Of a DNA stretch of 64,000 nucleotides, positions 53,093 to 64,000 are shown one piece after another. Within the stretch, counting starts at the first letter, position 1; each line of letters opens with the position of its first letter. The notes beneath the pieces were generated by a model. The model was not told the origin of the DNA. It saw only the letters and a list, made by a program, of their open reading frames with translations, and did not search any database. The stretch covers positions 113,152,001 to 113,216,000 of the forward strand of contig NC_086107.1 in assembly GCF_963921235.1 (NCBI RefSeq), in the 5' to 3' direction. Made by a program: the position numbers and the translations under genes. The stretch comes from Mobula hypostoma. Taxonomy: Eukaryota.

Positions 53093-54030
53093 TATAACCA
53101 TATAACAATTACAGCACGGAAACAGGCCATCTCAGCCCTTCTAGTCCATGCCGAACTCTTACTCTCACCTAGTCCCACCCACCTGCACTCAGCCCATAAC
53201 CCTCCATTCCCTTCCTGTCCATCTATCTATCCAATTTAACTGTAAATGACAACATCGAACCTGCCTCAACCACTTCTGCTGGAAGCTCGTTCCACACAGC
53301 TACCACTCTCTGAGTAAAGAAGTTCCCCCTCATGTTACCTCTGAACTTTTGTCCTTTAACTCTCAACTCATGTCCTCTTGTTTGAATCTCCCCCACTCTC
53401 AATGGAAAAAGCCTATCCACGTCAACTCTATCTATCCCCCTCATAATTTTAAATACCTCTATCAAGTCCCCCCTCAATTTCTACGCTCCAAAGAATAAAG
53501 ACCCAACGTGTTCAACCTTTCTCTGTAACCTAGGAGATGAAACCCAGGTAACATTCTAGTAAATCTTCTCTGTACTCTCTCAATTTTGTTGACATTTTTC
53601 CTATAATTCAGTGACCAGACCTGTACACAATACTCCAAATTTGGCTTTACCAGTGCCTTGTACAATTTTAACATTACATCCCAACTCCTCTACTCAATGC
53701 TCTGATTAATAAAGGCCAGTATACCAAAAGCTTTCTCATCACCCTATCCACATGAGATTCCACCTTCAAGGAACTATGCACTATTATTCCTAGATCCCTT
53801 TGTTCTACTGCATTCTTCAATGCCCTACCATTTACCATGTATGTCCTACTTTGCTTAGTCCTACCAAAATGTAGTACCTCACATTTATCAGCATTAAACT
53901 CCATCTGCCATCTTTCAGCCCACTCTTCTAACTGGCCTAAATCTCTCTGCAAGCTTTGAAAACCTACTTCATTATCCACAACTCCACCTATCTCAGTATC
54001 ATCTGCATATTTACTAATCCAATTTACCAT
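53093..54030 (-). mobile_element. CR1-type LINE 3' fragment
   Basis: WISKYADDTEIGG...LYKALVKPNLEYCVQVW...MRGDLIEVFKIM...TRGH; (ttatatgg)n tail. Confidence 0.9.
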
Positions 54031-54067
54031 CTCCATCCCTCTACACTGTTCCATTGAATGCAGAGTC

Positions 54068-54960
54068 TGAATGGATCAGTAAATATGCAGATGACACTGA
54101 GGTTAGGGGCGAGGAAGACTATCATGGCTTGCAGCAGGATCTGGACCTGTTGGATAAATGGCAGATGAAATTTAATGCCGACAGACGCAAGGTCTTGCAC
54201 TTTGGTGGGACCAGCCAGGGTAAGTCTTATACAGTGAGTGGTGGGGCACTGAGAAGTGCGGTAGATCAAAGGGAACTGGGAATACAGGTTTATAATTCAT
54301 TGAAAGTGGTGTCACAGGTAGATAGGGCCATTGAGAAAGCTTTTGGCATGTTGGCCTTCATAAATCAATATATTGAGTACAGGAGATGGGATATTATGTT
54401 GAATTGTGTGAGACATTGGTGAGGCCGAGTTTGCAGTATTGTGTGTGTCTTTGGTCACCTACCTACAGGAAAGATGTAAATAAGGTTGAAAGAGTTCAGA
54501 GAAAATCTACAAGGATGTTGATGCATCTGTATGACCTGGGTTACATGGAAAGATTGAATAGGTTAGGAATTTATTCCTTGGGATGTAGAGATTGAGAGAT
54601 TTGATAGAGGTATACAAAATTATGAGGGGTATAGATGGGGTAAATGCAAGCAGGCTTTTTCCACTGAGGTTGGGTGGGATGACAATGAGAGGTCATGGGT
54701 TAAGAGTGAAAGGTGAAAGTTTTAAGCGGAACGTGAGGGGAAACTTCTTCGCTCAGAGGGTCATGAGCTGCCGGTGCAGGTGGTGCAGGCGAGCTCTATT
54801 TCAATGTTTAAGAGAAGTTTGGGTAGGTACATGGGTGGTTGAGGTAGGGAGGACCATGGTCCCAGTGCAGGTCAATGGGAGTAGGCAGTTTAAATGGTTT
54901 GGCATTGACTAGATGGCCCAAAGGGCCTGATTCTGTGCTGTAGTTTTCTATGACTCTATA
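54068..54960 (+). mobile_element. CR1-type LINE 3' fragment, inverted relative to its neighbour
   Basis: WISKYADDTEV...LVRPSLQYCV...DLIEVYKIMRG; (tatgactc)n tail. Confidence 0.88.
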
Positions 54961-55187
54961 CTTTAGAGAACAGGGACATTGTTAGATACCGAGCTAGGCA
55001 GCAGGGATTATATTTATTATTATCACTGATATACTGGTATGCCATGAAATTTGTTGTTTTGCTGCATCAGTACAGTGCAATACCAGAATATACTGTAAGT
55101 GATCGGGAACATACTCAAGGCAGGGAGGCCGCGCGTCCTGCCACGTACTTCTCTGCTGCTTAACGCCTCCGATTTCCTGGTTGCCAG

Positions 55188-55348
55188 TCAGCAAGATGGG
55201 CCGCCGGAGCCGGCAGAACCGAGGCATTGTGGAGGAGTGCTGCTTCCGTAGCTGTGACCTCCTGATCCTGGAGACCTACTGCGCCACCCCGCAAGATGGC
55301 GCCCACACCCCGCCACCCACAGCACCGCACCGACCACTGCTGCACCGG
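55188..55348 (+). CDS. igf2: IGF coding exon 3: C, A, D domains and start of E peptide
   Basis: ttgccag|TC phase-1 acceptor; (V)[53 protein letters not shown]; donor CGG|GTAAGG in phase 0. From memory this is very close to the published spiny dogfish IGF-II C/A domains. Confidence 0.95.
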
Positions 55349-55477
55349 GTAAGGCTCGTGTCGTCCCCTCCTCCCGCGTCGGTGGAGACGTCTCCTTCCT
55401 CGTTGGCGCTGAACGATAACTCTGACGTAGGACGGGTGAGATCACCTCTGCTCCATCCGCTAAGAGTTGGGTTTCCC

Positions 55478-56017
55478 TAAGTGGCCAACCATCCTAATTC
55501 CTACCCGCATTTCTGTTCTGACATGTCGATCCACGGCCTCCTCTTGTGCCACCATGGGGCCACCCTCAGGGTCGAGGAGCGACACCTTATGCTCCATCTG
55601 GGTACCCTCCAAACTGATGGCATAAATATTGACTTCTCCTTCCGGTGAACAAATCTCCCCCCCTTCCCACTCGGACCTTTCACTTCCTCTGTCCTGCCAA
55701 TTACTTTCTGCTGGATTCCCTCCTCCTTCCCTTACTCCCACGGTCCACTCTCCTCTCCTCTCAGATTCTTTCTTCTCCGGCCCTTGACCTTTCCTGCCCA
55801 CCTTGCTTCACCCATCACCTTCCAGCTAGTCTCCTTCCCCTCCCCCCTCCTTTATATTCTGGCATCTTCCCTCTTACTTCTCAGTCCTGAAGAAGGTCTC
55901 GGCCCGAGACATCGACTGTTTACTCTTTTCTATAGACGCTGCCTGATCTGCTGAGTTCCTCCAGCATTTTGTGCGTGTTGCTTTGCATTTCCAGCATCTG
56001 CAGACTTTCTTGTGTGT
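55478..56017 (+). mobile_element. Penelope-like 3' fragment in IGF intron 3
   Basis: Degenerate EN C-terminus followed by pyrimidine-rich pLTR with a mutated hammerhead (GAGAC for GAAAC). Confidence 0.75.
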
Positions 56018-56821
56018 ATGATATTTACTGCCCATAACTAACCACACTTGAGAAGCCAACGGCGAACAACTTTTCCACACATAATTAGGTCTGGTGCATA
56101 AAACCGTAAGACGCAGGAGCAGAATTAGGCCATTCGGCCCATCGAGTGTGTTCTGTCATTCCATCATGGCTGATTTATTATCCCTCTCAACCCCATCTCC
56201 TGCCTCCTCCCCGTAACCTTGGACACCCTTACTAATCAAGATCCCATTAACCTCTGCTTTAAATATTCTCAATGACTTGGTCTCCACAGCCATCTGTGGC
56301 AATGAATTCCACAGATTCACCATCCTTTGGCTAAACAAAATTCCTACTAATCAACATGCACAAAATGCTGGAGGAACTCAGCAGCCAGGCAGCACCTATG
56401 GAAAAGAGTCTTGTGACACCATGGATCTGCGCCTGGAAAGTCTTCACTCTCCAGGGCGCAGGCCTGGGCAAGGTTGTATGGAAGACCAGCAGTTGCCCAT
56501 GCTGCAAGTCTCCCCTCTCCATGACACCGATGTTGTCCAAGGGAAGGGCATTAGGATCCATACAGCTTGGCACCAGTGTCGTCGCAGAGCAATGTGTGAT
56601 TAAGTGCCTTGCTCAAGGACACAACATGCTGCCTCGGCTGGGGCTCGAACTCACGAACTTCAGGTTGCTAGTCCAATGCCTTAACCACTTGGCCACGTGC
56701 CCACGCTAAGAATAAACAGTCAACATTTTGGGCCGAGACCCTTTATCAGGACTGGAAAGGAGGAGCAGAAGTCAGAGTACACTCGATGGGCCAAATGGAC
56801 TAATTGTGGTCCTATATATTA

Positions 56822-57190
56822 TGGGCGGCAGGGTGGAGAAACGTCTCTACCAAAGGAGGTGTAAGGTGCTCCTTCCCCCCGCTAGCCGGTAGGTCACCCT
56901 GGGGCGAGGTGTAGCACCTGCTTTTCCATGTCCTCCCGATCAGGGTCATGTGAAGCCAAAGGGAGCAGGTGGTGGATGGTCACATGAGCAGATGGTGCAG
57001 ATCACAAGTCCTGGTTATGCGACCCACTGACACCGGGCAGACAGTCTTTGAAAGGTATTGATAATGGCTGGGGTCACCCGTCTAGTAAAGACACTGCCCA
57101 GAAGAAGGCAATGGCAAACCACTTCAGTAGAAAAATTTGCCAAGAACAATCATAGTCATGGGAAGACCAACATTATATGACACGACACTT
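56822..57190 (+). mobile_element. Non-autonomous ~370-bp retroposon with RTE/BovA-like tail (interrupted copies at ~671-1375 and ~8508-9028)
   Basis: Three copies share the head GGGYGGCAGGGTGGAGA...TCTC(T/C)ACCAAAGGAGG and the tail GAAGAAGGC(A/G)ATGGCAAACCACTTC. Confidence 0.65.
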
Positions 57191-57438
57191 AATGAACTAA
57201 CATATATCTTCTATACATAGAGTGATTGTACGTAAACACTAGGCTGTACGTAAGGTGAGTTTGTGGGTGGAGGTGTTGATCAGCCTTACTGTTTTTGAGT
57301 CTGGTGGTCCTGGCCTGGATGCTACATAGCTGGTGTTTACGCCACACATCCCAAAGTTTGAGTGTCTGAAGGGTAAACTCAATGCCCAGCCTCCAGAATT
57401 AACAGTGCATCCGTTCTGTTTCTCCCCTTGTCAAACAG

Positions 57439-57675
57439 ATCATGGGGAAGCGGTCTCTCGACGTTGAACGGGAGGATTCGCCGGGTCAGCCCGAGAACCG
57501 CTGGAGCCACACCAGTCTCGTCTCCGGAGCCCAGCACAACGTCCGCGATGGCCAGAGAGGGGAGAAGGCGCGGCCGTCCCAGTCCTCGCCCCAGCGCTGG
57601 ATGCGGTCAGGCAGAGTGCTGCACCCTTTGCGCAGCGACCTGCTCTCCCCCCTCCGACAGACTAAGCCATTCTGA
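57439..57675 (+). CDS. igf2: IGF candidate terminal coding exon (E peptide)
   Basis: Pyrimidine tract tctgtttctccccttgtcaaacag|ATC, phase 0; IMGKRSLDVERED...LRQTKPF*; CpG-rich unique sequence. Exons total 75+148+161+237 = 621 nt, 206 aa plus stop. Confidence 0.65.
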   Translation: MMGKRSLDVEREDSPGQPENRWSHTSLVSGAQHNVRDGQRGEKARPSQSSPQRWMRSGRVLHPLRSDLLSPLRQTKPF

Positions 57676-57971
57676 CCTGGACAGTGGGGGTTGGAGCAGA
57701 TGGAGGCTACCTTTGAGGAGGACTCTGCAGTGTGGCCAGTCCGCAAAGCTGTTCGCCCCGACAGAGTCAATGTGAGGGACAGTTGGAAACATCGAATTCT
57801 CAGGGGACATCTGTGGAGAACCCCTCCCTCTGCTCCACAAAGAAACCTTTTGAGTTCCCGGCGTTCAAGGAGTTGGCTGTTTTAACTGATGGTGTTGGGT
57901 GGAGGGGGTGACTGAAGGCCCCTCTGCCTTCTGTCCTCGCCTTCATTTGGTCTGACTGCTTGGGAGGCATT

Positions 57972-58095
57972 GATATACGCAGGAATTGTGAGCAGGTCGG
58001 GTGATATACGCAGGAATTGTGAGCAGGTCGGGTGATGTATGCAGGAATTGTGAGCAGGTCGGGTGATATACGCAGGAATTGTGAGCAGGTCGGGT
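57972..58095 (+). repeat. 31-bp minisatellite x4
   Basis: GATATACGCAGGAATTGTGAGCAGGTCGGGT, four copies; the third has two substitutions. Confidence 0.95.
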
Positions 58096-61000
58096 GGGGC
58101 TGGGCAGAAGCAGAGATAAAATCCTAAACCCCCCCTTCCTGTGACCAATTACACATCGGTTCATTGTTTATTTATTTATTGAGATTTATTGAGATGTGGA
58201 ACAGGCCCAGCAACCCCCCCTCCCCCCCCCGCCGATTTAACCCCAGCCTAATCACAGGACAATCCACAGTGACCAAATCACCTACTAGCCAGTACGTCTT
58301 TAGACTGTGGGAGGAAACCAGGGTGCTCGGGGAAAACCCACGCACTCCACGGGGAGGGCGTACGGACTCCTTACAGATGATATCGCAATTGAACTGAGCT
58401 GTAATAGCGCCGCGCTACCACGGCACCCTTCTGGCGGCACGGTCTCGCCCGTGTCCTCTGGTCCCAGCCCCGGCAAACCCGACCCTCTCACTCGCCACGT
58501 GTGTGCAATACGAGACCAGCCTACAAGCCTAGCAGATCCTAGACTCGTTCCCTCCAAATGAACAGTAGATCCTGAAGTTCAAGGGCGTGTGCCTGGCTGT
58601 TGGTCGCATTTCTGTAACCAACCTATGGAGGGCACATTTCCAGTGTAGCTTTTGTTTTTATAAAATGATCTTAACCTGAGATTTTTCTTAAGCATTTCTG
58701 CTCACCTCTTCCGAGGCAAAACTGCCACCAAGTTTAGATGCACAGTCACCAACTTGACATATATAGCACATCTTGTGTATCGCAGACTTATTTATAACAT
58801 TACTTCAAAGTTCAAAGTAGATTTATTATCAAAGTACAATATACGTCACCATATACAACCGTGAGATTCATTTTCTTGCGGGCATACCCAGTATATCCAA
58901 TAACCATGATAGAATCAATGAAAAATGCAGCCAATAGGGCATCAACTAAAAAATAACAAACTGTGCAAATACAAAAATATTAGTAGTAATAATAATAATA
59001 ATAAATAATAAATATCAAGATATGAGATGAAGAGTCCTTTAAAGTGAGCCCATAGGTTGTGGGAACAGTTCAGTGATGGGATGAGTGAAGTTATCCCCTC
59101 TGGTTTGAGAGCCTGGTGGTTGAGGTTCCTGAACCTGATGGTACTTATAGATAATATACTGTATCTTGTGTATAATGTATTATTTATGACATGTGTATAA
59201 TATGCCTTCTGCACCATGTCTTGCATACAATATGCTCTCTGTATATAAAACTCTCTGCACGTAACAGATTCTGTGTATAATGTGCCCAGTAAGCGATACT
59301 GTGTACAGTACAAACGTCTCAAAGAACACACCTGCCAAATATACAGTATATTGCATTTAATATACAATCAGTGGCCACGTTATTCAGCACCTCCAGTACC
59401 TAATAAAGTGGCCACTGAGTGTATGTTTGTGGTCTTCCGCTTCTGTAGCCCATCTGCTTCAAGGTTCGATGTGCTGTGCATTCAGAGATGCTCTTCTGCA
59501 CACCACTGTTGTAACTCGTGTTTATTTGAGTTACTGTCGCCTTCCTGTCGGCTTGAACCAGTCTGACCATTCTCCTCTGACCTCTCTCATTAACAAAGTT
59601 TTTTTGCCCACAGAACTGCCCCTCACTGGATGTTTTTTGTTTCTCACACCATTCTCTGTAAGCCTTATGTGTAAAAATCTCAGATCAGCAGTTTCTGATA
59701 CTCAAACCACCCCATCTGGCACCAACAATTATTCCACGGTCAAGGTCACTTAGATCACATTCGTTCCCCATTCTGAAGTTTGGTCTGAACAACAACTGAG
59801 CCTCTTGACCATGTCTGTATGCTTTTATACATTGAGTTGCTGCCACATGATTGGCTGTTTAGATATTTGCATTAACGGGCTGATGTACCAGTAAACCTAA
59901 TAACGTGGCCACTGAGTTAATATTACATTCAATATATAATTGTGTTGGCGCGTGGCCAAGTGGTTAAGGCGTCGGTCTAGTGATCTGAAGGTCGCTATCT
60001 CGAGCCTCAGCTTAGGCAGCCTGTTGTGTCCTTGAGCAAGGCACTTAATCACACATTGCTCTGCGACGTCACTGGTGCCAAGCTGTATCGGCCCTAGTGC
60101 CCTTCCCTTGGACAACATCGGTGGCGTGGAGAGGGGAGACTTGCAGCATGGGCTACTGCCGGTCTTCCATACAACCTTGCCCAGGCCTGCATCCTGGAAA
60201 CCTTCCAAGGCGCAAATCCATAGTCTCACAAGACTAACGGATGCCTATATATATATATATAAATATATAATGCACATCTCACACCTCCTTTGCATCTGAG
60301 ACTGAATGTATAACAGAATTAATTCTCTGTATACTGATCCATCATCGGGTACATTGATGGCTTGGCCACCAATACATTCTTCCATCACAGTGTCAGCACA
60401 CATTCTCCACATTCCACACCTAGCTGTGTCTTAGGAGAATGAGCGGTGCTTTTTTAGAACTGTCTAAGATCATAAGGGCCATATACAGGGCAGACTCAAT
60501 GGGCCGAATGGCCTCACTCTGCTCCTTTGGCTTTTGGTCTGAAATGCACACAAGACAGGAGGGTCCTGGCGAAGGGTTTTAGTCCGAAACGTCGACTGTT
60601 TATTCCCCCCCCCTTAAATATCGCCTGGCTTTCTGAGTCCCTTCAGCACTTTGTGTACGTTCCTCAAGATCTTCAGCATCTGCAGAACCTCATGTGTTTA
60701 TGCCTTGTATAATTGTGTATTCCTCTGCCAGATCCCTCTTCAACCTCCTATGCCCCAAAGAAAACAAATACAACTTACCCAGTCTCTCCTCACAGACAAG
60801 TTGCTTTGTCTCACAAGGCAACTGGTAAATCTCCCCTTCAGGGTAATTCAAAGATTCAAAATACATTTATTACCAAAGAATGTATCCAGCATACAACCCT
60901 GAGGTTCGCCTTCCCGTAGACAGCCAGAAACAAAGAAAACCATGAAACCCGTTAAAAAATATCAACCCCCCACTACGCGCAAAAAAAAAACAAATCATGC

Positions 61001-61825
61001 GAACAGCAGAAAGAAAGGGAATGTAAAACACAGAATTGAAAGAGTCCAGGCGTATTTAGTTCTGCTCATTTCTAGTTCAATCTCACACTGCGTCATTCGA
61101 TATCCACAGGCTGTCCTGATCAAAATCGCACAAAACAACAACAAGAAAGAAACCAGAAGCACGTCATAACGTGAACGACAGAGTCCAATCCACAAACCGC
61201 GCCAATTAAACCTTGCCCAACCCCCGGGTCTCCGGCACCATCCTCCGATGGCATCGGGGGTGGGGGTGGGGGCGGAGAGAGACTACTTGAACGCAGGGAC
61301 CACCCTCCGGGAGCAGTGAGTGAGAGGGTCACACCCTCCCTATAGGGTTCACCATAGGACAATAAGATACGTATGAGGCCATTTGGCCCATCAAGTCTGC
61401 TACACCATTCAATCCTGGTTGAACTTTTTTCTCAACCTCTTTCTCCTGTCTTCTCCCCATAACCCTTTAAACACAGCCACCCCCTTGCTAATCAAGAACC
61501 TATCAATGCCTACTTTAAATACACCCACAGCTCCCTGTGGCGACAAATTCTACACTTTCTGGCTGAGGAAATTCCTCCTCATCTCGGATCTAAAGGGACA
61601 TCTCGTTATCGTAAGGCTGTGCTCTCAGATCCTAGACTTTCCTACTAATGAATTCATTCTCTCCACGTCCACTCTACGCAGTACTTTGGTGTAACAATAC
61701 TCCAGCTGTGGCCTAACCAACGTTATAGCATAACCCTCTTGCTTTTATATTCTATATTCCAGCTAATGATGGCAAATATCCTCTAGCTCGTTAAATGAGA
61801 GTCAAAGAACTTGCAGTGGTGGAGA

Positions 61826-62300
61826 GCATAGAAACATAGAAAACCTACAGCACAATACAGGTCTTTCAGCCCACAAAGCTGTGCTGAACATGTCCTTACC
61901 TTAGAAATTACTTAGGGTTACCCATAGCTCTCTATTTTTATGAGCTCTAAGTACGTTTGTACCTGTCCAGGAGTGTCTTAAAAGACCCTATCGTATCCAC
62001 CTCAAACACAATTGCTGGCAGCCCATTCTGCGTACTCACCACTCTCTACGTAAAAAAAATACCCCTGACATCTCCTCTGTTCCTACATCCAAGCACCTTA
62101 AAACTGAGCCCTCTTGTGCTAGCCATTTCAGCCCTGGGAAAAAGCCTCTGGCTATCCACATGATCAATGCCTCTCATCATCTTATACACCTCTATCAGGT
62201 CACCTCTCATCCTCTGTTGCTCCAAGGAGAAAAGGCTGAGTTCACTCAACCTGTTCTCATAAGGCATGCTCCCCCCAATCCAGGCAACATCCTTGTAAAT
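61826..62300 (-). mobile_element. CR1-type LINE 3' fragment
   Basis: YENRLSELSLFSLEQQRMRGDLIEVYKMMRG. Confidence 0.85.
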
Positions 62301-62792
62301 CTGTTTGGAGGAGCATTGAGGAGCCAGAGCTACAAATGCTTCCGATTGAAGAGTTCTTGGTCACCACCCAGTGCTCTGGAAGTTATGTGGACAATGAATC
62401 CAGAATTAGATGAAGTTTACTCAACGGGTGAACTTCTCAGAATTGGATATCTGGTCACAACTCATTGTCTTGGCTCTTTTTTTTTGGTGAGTGCGAGTTT
62501 ATGCATGTGCGTCTGAGTGCGTGATGATGTCTTTTTCATGGCTTTTTACAAGGCGTGGAGCGAGAGAGAGACTGTGTGGCGCACCACTCCTCACACAGAT
62601 ATTTTTGCAGTATTTTCCCTTTATTTTACGAGGTCGAGTTGCGATCTCGACACTCAACCCGGCATGGAAGGAAAGTGCACTTGGGGGCAGACCCGACTGG
62701 CTTCAAACCCGGGTACCTCCGTTCCCGGGTCCGGCGCCGATACCATTGCGCCACCAGCCGGCCCTTATCTTGGCTCTTCTTCTGAAGAAGGA

Positions 62793-63503
62793 ATAGATTG
62801 GCTGGTTGAGTGGAGTTGCAACTGCGACTTTGCACTCACTGTCAGTAAGACCAAGAAAGTGATTGTGGACTTCAGGAAATGCCAGTCAGAAGAACACACT
62901 CCGTTCCTCATCAAGGGGTCAGTGGTGGAAGGAGTGAGCAGCTTCAATCTCCTGAGCACCGACGTTTCAGAGGCTCTATCCTGGGCCTAACATTATGCAG
63001 CTATAAAGAAGGCACGACAGCAGGCTATATTTCGTTAGGAGAGTGAGGAGATTTGGTACGTCACCAAAGACTCTAGCAAATCTCCGTGGAGAACATTCTG
63101 ACTGGTTGCATCACCTCACAAAGGGTAACAAACTCAGCCAACTCTATCCTGGCCACTAGCTTCCTCATCATTGAGGACATCTGCCAAAGGCGATAACTCA
63201 AGAAGGTGAAGAAGGACCCTCACCATTCAGGACACGCCCTCTTCTCATTACCACCATCAGGGAGGAGGTACAAGTGCACACTCAACATTTTAGGAACAGG
63301 TTCTTCCCCTCAACCATTAGATTTTTGAATGGTCCATGAACCCATGAACACTACCTCATTATTTAGCCCTCTTTTTGTACTACTAATTATTTAATATATT
63401 CTTTTTGTAATTTACAGTTTTTTAATGTATTGCACTGCACTGCTGTCACAAAACAACCAATTTCATGACATTTGTCAGTGATAACAAACCAGATTCTGAT
63501 TCT
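62793..63503 (+). mobile_element. Rex1/Babar-like LINE fragment
   Basis: LTVSKTKKVIVDFRK...EGVSSFNLL; (gattct)n tail. Confidence 0.8.
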
Positions 63504-64000
63504 AAAGATGGTCCAGATCAAGTTCCAGTGCAGATGAACCCTGGAGATCATGGCAATATTAGGCTTTAAAGGAAAAGTATCAAGACATCCTCTCTCATCA
63601 AAACAACTTTAATAGCACATTAGTCAACCCAAAACACTTCAAAAAGCTTTAAAGGAAGGGAAATATATAGAGGTGCTCAGAGATTTCAAAGTTCAAAGTA
63701 AATTTATTATCAAAGTACATATATGTCACCATATACAACCCCGAGATTCATTTTCTTGTGGGCATACTTAACACATCCAGAATAGAATAATAACTATAAT
63801 GGAGTCTATGAAATGCCACACCAACTTGGGTGTGCAGAAGACACCAAACAGCTCAAATACAAAATAATAAATAAACAAATAAATAAATAACTATTTAATT
63901 GTGAGCTAAAATATCAAGGAGATTAGGAGGAGATGATGGTAGGGAGTGAGAAAATAGGAGGATTCAATTGTGATTAGAAAACTCAGGGCATTGGGAGTAA

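Noticed and set aside
57428..57775. Alternative frame with GCGQAECCTLCAATC resembling a second insulin A chain
   Set aside because: Spacing is CC-x2-C-x3-C, not CC-x3-C-x8-C, and this frame is out of phase with the exon 3 donors.
57982..57993. GGAATTGTGAGC lac-operator-like word in the minisatellite; CRISPR-like appearance
   Set aside because: Only half of lacO and no vector sequence nearby. Units are contiguous with no spacers, in a vertebrate context.

Overview
Eukaryotic, repeat-dominated vertebrate DNA, most likely a cartilaginous fish (inferred from the repeat families and a shark-like IGF). Most of the window is nested, truncated CR1, Rex1/Babar-like, RTE and Penelope retroelements, tRNA-derived SINEs, Tc1-derived MITEs and Chapaev-like relics. 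These explain nearly all entries in the ORF track. Two host genes are supported. One is a single-coding-exon achaete-scute (ASCL1/ASCL2-class) bHLH gene on the minus strand (20986-21390). The other is a four-coding-exon insulin-like growth factor gene (IGF2-like) on the plus strand (38120-57675, about 206 aa), assembled by hand from phase-compatible exons. The two genes are divergently transcribed about 17 kb apart, with no recognisable TH, INS or PAH between them, unlike both human ASCL-IGF clusters. Other points of note are fold-back Penelope insertions carrying hammerhead ribozyme motifs on both strands, an in-frame alternative IGF donor and unusual pro-IGF processing motifs. Transposable-element boundaries are approximate and family names come from motif recall, not database searches.
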